From: Candidatus Poribacteria bacterium | Lineage (GTDB): Bacteria > Poribacteria > WGA-4E > WGA-3G | Length of the DNA stretch: 64,000 nucleotides | Assembly: GCA_022822085.1 (NCBI GenBank) | Contig: JAJECK010000096.1 | Span: forward strand, 21,934-85,933 | Reading direction: 5' to 3' | Shown: in pieces, positions 48,787 through 58,881 of the stretch | Numbering within the stretch: position 1 is the first letter of the stretch | Layout of the letters: every line of letters begins with the position of its first letter | The notes under the pieces: model-generated | The model's input: the letters and a program-made list of their open reading frames with translations, nothing else | Database searches by the model: none | Told to the model about the DNA's origin: nothing | Position numbers and translations under genes: made by a program

Positions 48787-50598
48787 CTACAGTTTTTTTC
48801 TGCCTTCCTGCCCCTTATACTGCAGCTGATACAACCGATAATATATACCATTCTTCTGTAATAACTCGTTGTGTGTCCCAGATTCACGAATTTCGCCGCG
48901 ATGCAGGACGATAATCTTATCTGCATTTTGGATTGTTGACAAACGATGTGCAATTACCACTGATGTCCGATCTTCCATCAAACGGCTGAGCGCATCCTCA
49001 ATCAAGATTTCCGTTTCAGTATCAACACTTGAGGTCGCTTCATCAAGGATAAGGATACTTGGATCGGATGCCAATGCACGTGCAAAAGCGACTAACTGCT
49101 TCTGTCCAACAGACAAGCCGCCTCCATCCTCTTTAATTTCTGTGTTGTAGTTGTCCGACATTTTTTGGACAAACCGGTCTAAATGTACATCTTCTGAAGA
49201 TTGACGCACCTGTTGAGGTGAGATTGATGTATCTCGTAAACTAATATTATGTTCAATGGAATCGGAGAAAAGAAAGATATTTTGTTGAACAATGCTGATT
49301 GCACTTCGTAACTCCTCAAGGTTCATCTCCCTAATGTCCACACCATCAATCAGTATCTGTCCTTTATTGATTTCATAGAATCTGCAAAGTAAGTTGATGA
49401 TTGATGTTTTTCCTGCCCCCGTATGTCCTACAAGTGCCACCTTTTCCCCAGGTGAAACCTTAAATGATACATCTTTCAGAACATAATCTTCATCATTGTA
49501 AGCGAACCATACATTCCGAAATTCAATCTCACCTTTCAATGTCTCTCTACCAGTTTTGTCTACTGTGGACACGATAGAGGGTTCTGTGTCAAGTAGATGG
49601 AAGATCCGTTCTGATGAAGCCATCGCATTCTGAAATATAGTATATTTTTCACTCAACTCACGAATTGGCCAGAAGAAACGTTCTGCCAAACGTAGAAATA
49701 AAACCAACACGCCAAATGTCATAGCACTCTGTACCATCTGTCCACCACCATACCAGATTATCACCGCTGTCGCAAGCGATGCCGTTACTTCAATTAACGG
49801 ATGAAAGATTGAGAAATAGAAGATACTCTTCAGGTTTGCTGCGAGATATCTACGATTGCGTTCATTAAATCGATGGTAACTACGCGTTTCCTGTGCAAAC
49901 AATTTCATCGTATTCATACCCACGATATTCTCCTGTAAAAACGCATTAATACGGGCAAGTTGTTTTCGTTGCTCCCGAAAAGCGCGACGCGAATAAATCT
50001 GGTAGACAAGTGTTGCAATGAAGATAATTGGTATCACTGTGAATGTAACAAGTGCGAATTTCCAGTTGTAGAGTAGCATCGTTACCATTATACCCAGAAT
50101 TGACAACAGATTTCCGAAGACTGTGATGACTCCAGACGTAAAGAGTTCGTTTAAAACCTGCACATCACCCATCACCCGTGTCATCAGTCTTCCCACAGGA
50201 TTCTTGTCAAAATACTGTACATCTAAACGTTGTAAATGTGAAAAGAGATTCTGACGAAGGTCGCGCATTACATGTTGTCCGATCATCTGCATACGATATT
50301 CTTCAAAATAGGCAAATACAAACTCACCAACCAAGCCTAGGACAAGTAAACCTGCAATTATACCCAAACCATCCAATTCACCTGGGGTAATATGTTTATC
50401 AATTCCTATTTGAATGAGAATAGGTCCAACCAAACGAGATAGGGTAGTACCAATCATAAGGAAGGAGATTATAATTAATTGAAATGTGTATGGTTTGAGA
50501 TAAGAAAGGAGACGTTTCATCAACACTCGGTCATATACTTTACCAAGATCATCCTCTTCATCGCTATATTCATATAGGTTACTACCCATACCAAACAT
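48787..50598 (-). CDS. ABC exporter, fused permease/ATPase (MdlB-like half)
   Basis: PVGRLMTRV, GHTGAGKTS, LSVGQKQL, DEATSSVD, AHRLSTI. Confidence 0.95.
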   Translation of the reverse strand: MFGMGSNLYEYSDEEDDLGKVYDRVLMKRLLSYLKPYTFQLIIISFLMIGTTLSRLVGPILIQIGIDKHITPGELDGLGIIAGLLVLGLVGEFVFAYFEEYRMQMIGQHVMRDLRQNLFSHLQRLDVQYFDKNPVGRLMTRVMGDVQVLNELFTSGVITVFGNLLSILGIMVTMLLYNWKFALVTFTVIPIIFIATLVYQIYSRRAFREQRKQLARINAFLQENIVGMNTMKLFAQETRSYHRFNERNRRYLAANLKSIFYFSIFHPLIEVTASLATAVIIWYGGGQMVQSAMTFGVLVLFLRLAERFFWPIRELSEKYTIFQNAMASSERIFHLLDTEPSIVSTVDKTGRETLKGEIEFRNVWFAYNDEDYVLKDVSFKVSPGEKVALVGHTGAGKTSIINLLCRFYEINKGQILIDGVDIREMNLEELRSAISIVQQNIFLFSDSIEHNISLRDTSISPQQVRQSSEDVHLDRFVQKMSDNYNTEIKEDGGGLSVGQKQLVAFARALASDPSILILDEATSSVDTETEILIEDALSRLMEDRTSVVIAHRLSTIQNADKIIVLHRGEIRESGTHNELLQKNGIYYRLYQLQYKGQEGRKKL

Positions 50599-50612
50599 GT
50601 CTGTGTCCCTCT

Positions 50613-52376
50613 TTAAAGTTCTTCAAGTTCATCTTGTAGGAGTTGTGTTTCATATATTCCCGCGTAAATTCCGTTCTGTTTGAGTAATTGGTCATGTGTC
50701 CCCGATTCGACTATACTTCCATCATTCAGGACGATGATATGGTCCGCTGCTTTAACAGTTGATATTCTATGGGAAATTAGTATTGTTGTCCGATCTTTCA
50801 TAATGTCATCAAGTCTTTCAAGTATTGTATCTTCAGTTTGTGTATCTACATTTGCAAACGCATCATCAAGTATCAGTATTTTCGGTTTAATTATAATAGC
50901 ACGAGCGAGTGCGCTTCTTTGCCGTTGTCCACCTGAAATTGTAATCCCGCGTTCTCCAAGAAATGTCCGCAATCCATCTGGAAACTCCTCTATTTGTGAC
51001 AATAGGTCAGCATTATGGGCTGCTTGTCTGATCTCTTCATCATTAGGGTCTTCTACACCATAAGCAATATTATTACGTAAATAATCTGAAAACAGAAAGG
51101 GTTCCTGCTCTACGAATCCGATATTTGTACGGAGTAATCTTAAAGGTATATCTTGAATATCAACACCATCAATAAATATTGTTCCTCGTTCAGCTTGACG
51201 AATTCGTGGAATCAGACTAACAAGTGTAGACTTCCCAGATCCTGTTCCGCCAACTATAGCAAGTGTTTTGCCTTGTTCTATGGTTAAATTAATGTCTTTT
51301 AGGACAGGAACGCCATCAGGATAAGTGAAATTTAGGTCTTTAATTGTTATTTCTCCATTGATACTTTTCATATCCCATTTCACACTATCGCCATCATAGA
51401 TTTCTGGTTCTTCACTGAGGATTACGTTGATGCGATCCATTGATGCCGCGCCCCGTTCAAATGTGTTAACTATAAAACCGAGAGTGATTATCGGTCGTCT
51501 CAGCATCATGAGATAAGCCAAAAATGCAACAAATTCACCCAAACTGATGATCCCTTCAATTACATGGACACCCCCCATCCATAAAAGTACTACAGCACTG
51601 ATACCAGGTAGAAAATTAAACAGTGGAAAGAAGAAAGACATAAATCGGATTTGATTGTGATTACGATTGACAAAATCTTGATTTAATTCGTTGAAATGTT
51701 CTATCTCACTTGCTTCAAGTGTATATGCCTTGACAACACGAACACCTGACAGATTCTCTTGAACCTTAGTATTCATCGTTGAAAAACCTTCTTGGATTTT
51801 CTCATATAAGGTATATATATGCTTTCCAAGTAAACGTATAATTATTGCAAGAATAGGATAGGGTATCAAAGCAATAATTGTCAGAGTAGGATCAATGCGC
51901 AGCATGATGGCAAGTGCTAATCCAAAAAAAACAATGGCATCAGCAGTATACATAATTGCACTGCTGAGCACCATCCTGATAGCATTCAGATCACTTGTTG
52001 CACGAGTCATTAAATCACCCGTTCTAACATTATCGTAATAGGATGCGGATAGTTTTTGAAGGTGGAGAAAAAAGTCAGCGCGTAGATGGAATTCCGTCCG
52101 CCGTGCCACACCTTGGATAATGCGACGTTGGGCAAATCGCAAAATTCCCCCTACAAGTGCAACACCAAATATCAGTAGAGCAAAAAACAAAATACGCCCT
52201 TGGGTGACTGACAAGTTCGGGTCATTTGTGGCTTGATCTAACTCGTCAATAATGATCTGCAATATCTTAGGACTAATCAGCAGAAGTCCGTTTGTTATCA
52301 GCACAAGGATGAAGCTGAATAGAATTTGATATTTATAACGTATGATGTATTTCTTGAGACCGAATAGACTGCGAAT
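50613..52376 (-). CDS. ABC exporter, fused permease/ATPase (MdlA-like half); probable ATT start
   Basis: RTGDLMTRATSD, GGTGSGKST, ISGGQRQR, degenerate LDDAFANVD; frame open upstream of 52304 to an ATT at 52376 with AAGGA RBS. Confidence 0.9.
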   Translation of the reverse strand: MRSLFGLKKYIIRYKYQILFSFILVLITNGLLLISPKILQIIIDELDQATNDPNLSVTQGRILFFALLIFGVALVGGILRFAQRRIIQGVARRTEFHLRADFFLHLQKLSASYYDNVRTGDLMTRATSDLNAIRMVLSSAIMYTADAIVFFGLALAIMLRIDPTLTIIALIPYPILAIIIRLLGKHIYTLYEKIQEGFSTMNTKVQENLSGVRVVKAYTLEASEIEHFNELNQDFVNRNHNQIRFMSFFFPLFNFLPGISAVVLLWMGGVHVIEGIISLGEFVAFLAYLMMLRRPIITLGFIVNTFERGAASMDRINVILSEEPEIYDGDSVKWDMKSINGEITIKDLNFTYPDGVPVLKDINLTIEQGKTLAIVGGTGSGKSTLVSLIPRIRQAERGTIFIDGVDIQDIPLRLLRTNIGFVEQEPFLFSDYLRNNIAYGVEDPNDEEIRQAAHNADLLSQIEEFPDGLRTFLGERGITISGGQRQRSALARAIIIKPKILILDDAFANVDTQTEDTILERLDDIMKDRTTILISHRISTVKAADHIIVLNDGSIVESGTHDQLLKQNGIYAGIYETQLLQDELEEL

Positions 52377-52611
52377 GTTAAGTATCCTTTACGCAACAGT
52401 TAATCAGTGCGGTATAATGTGAAACTTGATAATGAATTTTGACGTGTATTTATGTTCGGTGTTTATTTTCGTTTGCAAATCAGATAAACCAGGCGCAAAC
52501 CCAAACGTCAGTCGCGCTGATAACTGATCAAAAAGTGCATCCAATTATACGTATAAGTGTAGAATTTAAAGTATTCACAAATTAAAATAAAATACACTTA
52601 AGAGGTGAAAT

Positions 52612-53076
52612 ATGAACGAAAGATTTGAACCACAAAATATGGAAGAAGTTGAGAAGGCATTAAGCTATTTCAAAAGCTTCCATGACGGATATGTTGAAGG
52701 AATAGAAATAAAATTTGAAAACTACAAAGGATTTAATGAGGATGGTGAGGCAAATGGGATAAGAAGGGCTGATATGACAATTGTCCTTACTGTCAATGCC
52801 TACCCTTATGGAAAGGACCACAATCAATTAGTGCAAGTTGAATTCATAGATGTAAAATCTTTTGAAATCATACATGAACGAGATGAAAGCGGATTTGGTG
52901 GTCCAGATTGGGGTATTTCCAATGCATTTGCAGATTCTGCTCCCAAACCTCATGAAAATGACATCTTCTGGGACTTCTATTTTCTATGTGAAAAAGCAAA
53001 GTATGAAGTCACTTGTTCAAAATTAGTCTTTATCAATCTCGGTTATATTATGAATAAAACTGAATCCTTGGGTTAG
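52612..53076 (+). CDS. Hypothetical protein
   Basis: 154 aa ORF with GAGGTG RBS; SFHDG motif near the N-terminus. Confidence 0.7.
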   Translation: MNERFEPQNMEEVEKALSYFKSFHDGYVEGIEIKFENYKGFNEDGEANGIRRADMTIVLTVNAYPYGKDHNQLVQVEFIDVKSFEIIHERDESGFGGPDWGISNAFADSAPKPHENDIFWDFYFLCEKAKYEVTCSKLVFINLGYIMNKTESLG

Positions 53077-53362
53077 AAGGACTTCAATTAACAAACACCC
53101 CTCTCACTTTGTATGAGGGGGGTCCCACCCTTGACACACTCTCACATTGTAGCTGGGATTCCAATCCTGATTCAAAGTAGTATCTATAAAGGTTGGTTGA
53201 GAAACAAAACCCAACCTCTATAGATATTGCAATGGTTTCTGTGATATTAGCACATAAGCTCTACATGCCCTATAACCCTACGTACATCTAATTTGCTGTT
53301 GACTTACTGTCATTTACAGTGTATGATATACATAGCATATCATATAATAGGAGGAGACAAAT

Positions 53363-54826
53363 TTGGCAGCAGATATTGGACTCATCGGATTAGCAGTGAT
53401 GGGTGAAAACCTCGCTCTGAATATGGAAAGCAAAGGTTTTGAAGTGGCGGTTTTTAACCGAACCGTCTCGCGAGTTGATGATTTCATTGCAGGTGCAGCA
53501 AAAGGAAAAAATATTGTTGGGACACACTCTATTCCTGAATTTATAAAACAATTAGAAATACCGCGTAAAATCATCTTGATGGTGAAAGCAGGGGAACCTG
53601 TTGATGCGTTCATTGAATTACTCGTGCCACACCTCTCAAAAGGCGACTTGATTATTGATGGAGGTAACTCCAATTTCAATGACACTATTCGTCGACACGC
53701 GGAACTTGCAGAACAGGACATTCTATTTATCGGCACGGGAATCTCTGGCGGTGAGGAAGGCGCATTAAAGGGCCCTGCGATGATGCCTGGTGGGTCAGAG
53801 GAAGCATATACGCTCGTTGAACCGATCTTCACGAAGATTGCAGCACAGGTCCAAGGCACACCGTGCTGTTCGTATATCGGGCCGAACGGTGCGGGACATT
53901 ACGTCAAAATGGTGCATAACGGCATTGAGTATGGTGACATGCAATTGATTTGCGAAGCATACTCCCTCATGAAGAACATATTGTGTATGAATGCTGATGA
54001 AATGCATGAAGTGTTCAACAAATGGAATCGAGGTGAACTCAACTCGTATCTCATTGAGATAACTGCAGACATCTTTACACAACGCGATTCCAACGGCACA
54101 CCATTTGTTGATGTTGTTTTGGATAAAGCGGGGCAGAAAGGCACTGGAAAATGGACAAGCATTTCTGCATTAGATCTCGGCATATCCGCACCTACTATCG
54201 CTGAGGCAGTTTTTGCACGTTGTATCTCTGCGATTAAAGACGAACGCGTAAATGCATCTGATAAAATAGATGGACCGTCTGGCACCTATGATGGAGATAG
54301 GGAAGCAGCTTTGCAGGCTATTCATGACGCACTTTATGCAGCAAAAATCTGTTCCTACGCACAAGGATTTGCACTTATGCGTGAAGCAGGCACTGAATAT
54401 GAATGGAATCTTGACCTTGGAAAAATCGCTTTAGGTTGGCGTGGCGGATGTATCATTCGTGCGAAGTTCCTACATCGTATTGCAGAGGCTTATGAACGAA
54501 ATCCTGACCTGCCAAATCTATTACTTGACTCCTATTTCCGTGGCATTATAGAAACAGCACAACCCCATTGGCGGAATGTGATTAGCACTGCAACGCAGCT
54601 CGGTGTGCCGATTCCAGCGTTCAGTTCTGCATTAGCTTATTTTGATAGTTATCGTAGTAGCAGACTTTCTGCTAACCTTATCCAAGCGATGCGTGATTAT
54701 TTTGGAGCACATACATACAACAAATTGGACCTTGATGGAAATACAATTGTCGGTGAAGATGGAGAACCAACAGTGTTCCATACCGAATGGATGCTGGAGA
54801 ACCGCCCAGAAGTTATTGTTGAATAA
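53363..54826 (+). CDS. gnd: 6-phosphogluconate dehydrogenase, decarboxylating (NADP)
   Basis: IGLAVMGENLALN, SGGEEGA, GHYVKMVHNGIEYGDMQ, QKGTGKW, RDYFGAHTY; TTG start after AGGAGG. Confidence 0.97.
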   Translation: MAADIGLIGLAVMGENLALNMESKGFEVAVFNRTVSRVDDFIAGAAKGKNIVGTHSIPEFIKQLEIPRKIILMVKAGEPVDAFIELLVPHLSKGDLIIDGGNSNFNDTIRRHAELAEQDILFIGTGISGGEEGALKGPAMMPGGSEEAYTLVEPIFTKIAAQVQGTPCCSYIGPNGAGHYVKMVHNGIEYGDMQLICEAYSLMKNILCMNADEMHEVFNKWNRGELNSYLIEITADIFTQRDSNGTPFVDVVLDKAGQKGTGKWTSISALDLGISAPTIAEAVFARCISAIKDERVNASDKIDGPSGTYDGDREAALQAIHDALYAAKICSYAQGFALMREAGTEYEWNLDLGKIALGWRGGCIIRAKFLHRIAEAYERNPDLPNLLLDSYFRGIIETAQPHWRNVISTATQLGVPIPAFSSALAYFDSYRSSRLSANLIQAMRDYFGAHTYNKLDLDGNTIVGEDGEPTVFHTEWMLENRPEVIVE

Positions 54827-54883
54827 GGTTGCAGGCACACTCCGCTGTGCCGTAGCCCAAGGTATTCTTTTAAAGGAGAATTC

Positions 54884-55777
54884 ATGTCCCAAGAACCACA
54901 ACAAGAATTGTATGATTTTAAACCGCAACACGATTTTTTTGTCGGCATTGATTCAGACGGTTGCGTTTTCAATAGTATGGAGGTCAAGCATAACGATTGC
55001 TTTAGCGTGAACGTCGTCAAGCATTTTGGATTGGCATCTATTTCACGGCAGGTGCATCAGGCGTGGGATTTTGTCAATCTCTATTCCACGATGCGCGGCA
55101 CGAATCGCTTTAAAGCAGTCCTGCTCGTTTTTGATTATCTGCGTGAAATGTCCCTTGTGCAGAAGATGGGTTTAAAAATTCCAGAATTGTCACACTTGCG
55201 AGAATGGACTGAAACTGAAACAAAACTTGGAAATCCTGCACTTCAGGAAGCGATTGATAACGCCACAGGTGAGAGACACGATGAGTTGAGTCAAGTTATG
55301 CAATGGAGTCTTGGTGTGAATGAAAGTGTTACGGAAATTGTCTACAATCTGCCACCATTTCCCGGTGTGCGCGAAGCACTGCAACGACTCCAAGGAAAAG
55401 CGGATGTTATTGTCGTTTCTGCTACGCCTGATGAGGCACTCAAACGGGAATGGGATGAGCATGACATTGACCAATACGTGGCACTGATTGCCGGACAGGA
55501 AATGGGAACGAAAACGGAACATCTTACTATTACAACAAAGGACAAATATCCTGAAAACCACGTACTGATGATTGGCGATTCCCCCGGTGACCTAAAAGCA
55601 GGTCGTAGTGTTGACGCTCTGTTTTTTCCTGTCAATCCCGGGGCTGAAGACACATCTTGGGCACACTTCCTTGACGAAGGCATAGATAGATTCTTTAACG
55701 GGCAATATGCTGGCGAATATGAAGACGAGTTGCTCAGCAAATTTCAGGAATTGCTACCAGAAACGCCTCCGTGGTAA
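54884..55777 (+). CDS. HAD-superfamily hydrolase
   Basis: IDSDGCVF motif I, VVSAT, MIGDSPGD motif IV. Confidence 0.88.
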   Translation: MSQEPQQELYDFKPQHDFFVGIDSDGCVFNSMEVKHNDCFSVNVVKHFGLASISRQVHQAWDFVNLYSTMRGTNRFKAVLLVFDYLREMSLVQKMGLKIPELSHLREWTETETKLGNPALQEAIDNATGERHDELSQVMQWSLGVNESVTEIVYNLPPFPGVREALQRLQGKADVIVVSATPDEALKREWDEHDIDQYVALIAGQEMGTKTEHLTITTKDKYPENHVLMIGDSPGDLKAGRSVDALFFPVNPGAEDTSWAHFLDEGIDRFFNGQYAGEYEDELLSKFQELLPETPPW

Positions 55778-55813
55778 CACACCATAGAAAACTGACTAAC
55801 GAAAGGATTATAT

Positions 55814-56761
55814 ATGAAGATTTTGTTACAACATCGAGTTGAGGGTGAACAGCTAAAGCGGTTAGAAGACATTATTGGTGATGAACATACATACATAATG
55901 CCGGGTTCGCGCGAGGAAATCGCTGAGGAAGGTAAGGGGACCGATATTTTCTTCGGTTTTTGTAGCGAGGATATTTTTCCACTTCTACCGAATATCAAAT
56001 GGATTCAGGCATCCAGCGCAGGTATGGACAAACACGTGTATCCTGCGATGCGTGAGAGCGATGTGATTTTGACAAACGCTGCAGGACTTTACGGTACACA
56101 CGTCGCTGACCAAGCGTTTGCGCTTCTGCTCGGATTAACCCGCGGCATTCACCATTTCGCACGGAACCAAGATAACCATAAGTGGGGTGGTAGTAAATCC
56201 CCTATGATTGAGATTGATGGGTTCAAAATTGGTATTGTCGGTTTAGGTGGTATCGGCATGCAGATGGCAAAACGTGCAAAAGGTTTTGATATGTACATTG
56301 TTGGTGTTGATGCATATCGCACAGAAAAACCTGATAATGTAGACGAACTTGTGCCAATGAGTAAACTATCAGAAACGATGAGTCGTGTAGATGTTGTAAT
56401 GATTGCTTGTCCATTGACTGAGGAAACGCGCGGATTGATTAATGCTGAAAACTTATCAGTGATGCAACCGACTGCATATCTGATAAACGTTGCCCGTGGT
56501 CCGATTGTTAAGGAAGACGAATTGATTGCGATTTTACAAGCCGGTAAAATCGCGGGGGCAGGATTAGATGTTACCGAGGTAGAACCGTTGGATAAAGAGA
56601 GTCCGTTATGGGATATGGATAACGTTATCATTACGCCGCACGCTGCGGGAGGCTCTCAGCACCGTATGCGGCGTATCACAGAGTTTTTCTTGGATAACTT
56701 GGAACGCTATCTAAAAGGTGAAGAACTGAAAAATGTTGTGGATAAGCAGCTTGGGTTTTAG
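55814..56761 (+). CDS. D-2-hydroxyacid dehydrogenase family protein
   Basis: GIVGLGGIG, CPLTEETRGLI, INVARG, LDVTEVEPL, ITPHAAG. Confidence 0.93.
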   Translation: MKILLQHRVEGEQLKRLEDIIGDEHTYIMPGSREEIAEEGKGTDIFFGFCSEDIFPLLPNIKWIQASSAGMDKHVYPAMRESDVILTNAAGLYGTHVADQAFALLLGLTRGIHHFARNQDNHKWGGSKSPMIEIDGFKIGIVGLGGIGMQMAKRAKGFDMYIVGVDAYRTEKPDNVDELVPMSKLSETMSRVDVVMIACPLTEETRGLINAENLSVMQPTAYLINVARGPIVKEDELIAILQAGKIAGAGLDVTEVEPLDKESPLWDMDNVIITPHAAGGSQHRMRRITEFFLDNLERYLKGEELKNVVDKQLGF

Positions 56762-56763
56762 TC

Positions 56764-57114
56764 ATGATCGAATACAAAGGTTATATCGGAGTCGTAGATT
56801 TTGATCCGGAAATAGACCTTTTCCATGGCACAGTGATTAATACACAGGATGTGATTACATTCTACGGTGCATCTGTAGCTGAACTTCGTAAGGAAATGCA
56901 GAAATCACTTGACATCTATTTTGAGGTTTGTGAGGAACAAGGAAAAGTACCGGATAAACCTTTCTCAGGAGAGCTGACGATCCAAACAAGCCTTGAGTTG
57001 TACTGTCGGATTGCCAAGAACGCCGCGCGTCGTCAGTTAGAGATAGAGGTTTATCTTCAAGAGATCGTAGAAAAGGCTGTTTCGGCAGACTCGCATGAAA
57101 CCATAAACATATAA
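56764..57114 (+). CDS. hicB: HicB-family antitoxin (no adjacent hicA)
   Basis: YKGYIG.V.FDPE..LFHG.V....DVITFYG.SV.EL...YFEVC...GK.PDKPFSG. Confidence 0.85.
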   Translation: MIEYKGYIGVVDFDPEIDLFHGTVINTQDVITFYGASVAELRKEMQKSLDIYFEVCEEQGKVPDKPFSGELTIQTSLELYCRIAKNAARRQLEIEVYLQEIVEKAVSADSHETINI

Positions 57115-57223
57115 AGAGATTGGCATTTTTGCCACGCAACTGCTGTAATGTCTACAACTAATGCAAATCTTATGATAGGACTCAAGGCTGGGAAAAACAC
57201 TTAAATGTCTGAGAGGAAACATA

Positions 57224-58870
57224 GTGAGAAGGTTTGGAACACTGGGACCCGTGAACCCTGAACAGCACTATATTGTCGCACGAACGGAAGAGCTGACCGA
57301 TTTCATCAAGCGCGTCAAAGAGGGACGTTATATCGTCATCTTTGCACCCCGGCAAACAGGAAAGACAACTTTCTTTCAACGCGCTCTTGCAGCACTTACC
57401 ACTGAAGACCTAACCTATTTTCCCATTCAACTGAATTTTGAAATATATGTAGACTGTGACCGTACCGAATTTTACGAGTCTCTCGGCAAACAGATTTGCA
57501 AGGAAATTAAACGTGTATTCCAAATGCGCGGAGAGGAACTTGACGAAGCATTAAAGCACTTTCTTGACAATGCCCAAATAACTAACCATCTGTCAATGAT
57601 GGAGTTCTTTGAACAGGTGCAGCATTTCCTGAAGGCTGGGGAAAATTGGCAGAAAGTTGTTCTCATTATTGACGAGTTTGATGGCATTCCCACAACCGCC
57701 CTGAAAGGATTTCTGCACGCGTTCCGACATACTTACGTCACTCAGGCTACGTTTCAATGTCCCCACAGCCTTGGTATTGTGGGTGTCAAAAATATCACAC
57801 AACTGGATTATGATCGTTCTGTCTCCCCGTTCAATATTCAGGACGATTTTGCTTTGCCCAACTTTACACTTGATCAGGTGCAAGAACTCATCGGACAATA
57901 TACAGACGAAGTAGGACAGACTTTCAACCCAGAAGTCCTTGAATCCATTTACAAACAGACAGGGGGACAACCCTTCCTTGTCAACCGGTTCGCGCAGATA
58001 ATCACTGAGGAACTGGATATCCCAAAAACCGAAACTATTACGTTGGCACATTTTTCAGCAGCACGCCTCCAACTCGTGGACGAAAACAATACCAACTTAG
58101 CACATTTGACCACCAACATCCGTCGAAATCCCCGATTTGAGATTCTATTGATGCGAATTATGTTGTATGAGGAAGGGTTGCCTTTCAGTCTACGCAATGA
58201 ACTTATTAATGAACTTGCAACATACGGAGTTCTTGCAAGAGGTAATGATAGAATGTGTGAGATTGCCAATCCAATTTATTTACATTGCATTCTACAGGTA
58301 TTCAAGCCGATAGTCAACGGATTGGAGGACGACTACTTTCCCCAAGACACCGATGGAAATCAATATCTCACACCCGATGGACACATTCAGATGGAGCGCG
58401 TCCTGAATAACTTTATGGATTTCATTGCCCGCGCAGGATACAGGATCCTACAAGTCCCTGAAACACCTCAAGAATTCATCGGACAGCATCTCCTCTTTGC
58501 CTACCTCGATCAGTTTGTTAGTAGCGTGAACGGGGTAATGTATTTAGAAGTTCCAACAGGACGCGGTAGAATGGATCTACTCATTCTACATAACGGAAAG
58601 AAATACATCGTTGAAACAAAGATCTGGAGAAGTGAAAGAGCGTATGCTGAAGGGAAACAACAGCTCGCCGCGTATCTATCAACAGAAGGCGTAATAGAGG
58701 GTTTCTACGTGGTGTTTGATCACCGCGAGGCACCTGAACCGCGCACAGAGACAGAAACGATAGACGGATTAATGATTCGAAGTTACGTTGTTCCTGTCGT
58801 GCAAGAACGTCCTTCCCGTTCTGTCGAACAAGAGGTATTAGATTTGCTTGATGAACCCGTATCCCAGTGA
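57224..58870 (+). CDS. AAA-like (STAND-type) ATPase with a C-terminal PD-(D/E)XK nuclease domain
   Basis: APRQTGKTT, LIIDEFDG, SPFNI, TGGQPFLV, EVPTGRGRMDL..IVETKIW..QLAAYL. Confidence 0.85.
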   Translation: MRRFGTLGPVNPEQHYIVARTEELTDFIKRVKEGRYIVIFAPRQTGKTTFFQRALAALTTEDLTYFPIQLNFEIYVDCDRTEFYESLGKQICKEIKRVFQMRGEELDEALKHFLDNAQITNHLSMMEFFEQVQHFLKAGENWQKVVLIIDEFDGIPTTALKGFLHAFRHTYVTQATFQCPHSLGIVGVKNITQLDYDRSVSPFNIQDDFALPNFTLDQVQELIGQYTDEVGQTFNPEVLESIYKQTGGQPFLVNRFAQIITEELDIPKTETITLAHFSAARLQLVDENNTNLAHLTTNIRRNPRFEILLMRIMLYEEGLPFSLRNELINELATYGVLARGNDRMCEIANPIYLHCILQVFKPIVNGLEDDYFPQDTDGNQYLTPDGHIQMERVLNNFMDFIARAGYRILQVPETPQEFIGQHLLFAYLDQFVSSVNGVMYLEVPTGRGRMDLLILHNGKKYIVETKIWRSERAYAEGKQQLAAYLSTEGVIEGFYVVFDHREAPEPRTETETIDGLMIRSYVVPVVQERPSRSVEQEVLDLLDEPVSQ

Positions 58871-58881
58871 GGGTTGGCTTT

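Noticed and set aside
52390-52560. Possible riboswitch or ncRNA in the divergent intergenic region
   Set aside because: No recognisable conserved motif or convincing structure by eye; would need an Rfam search.
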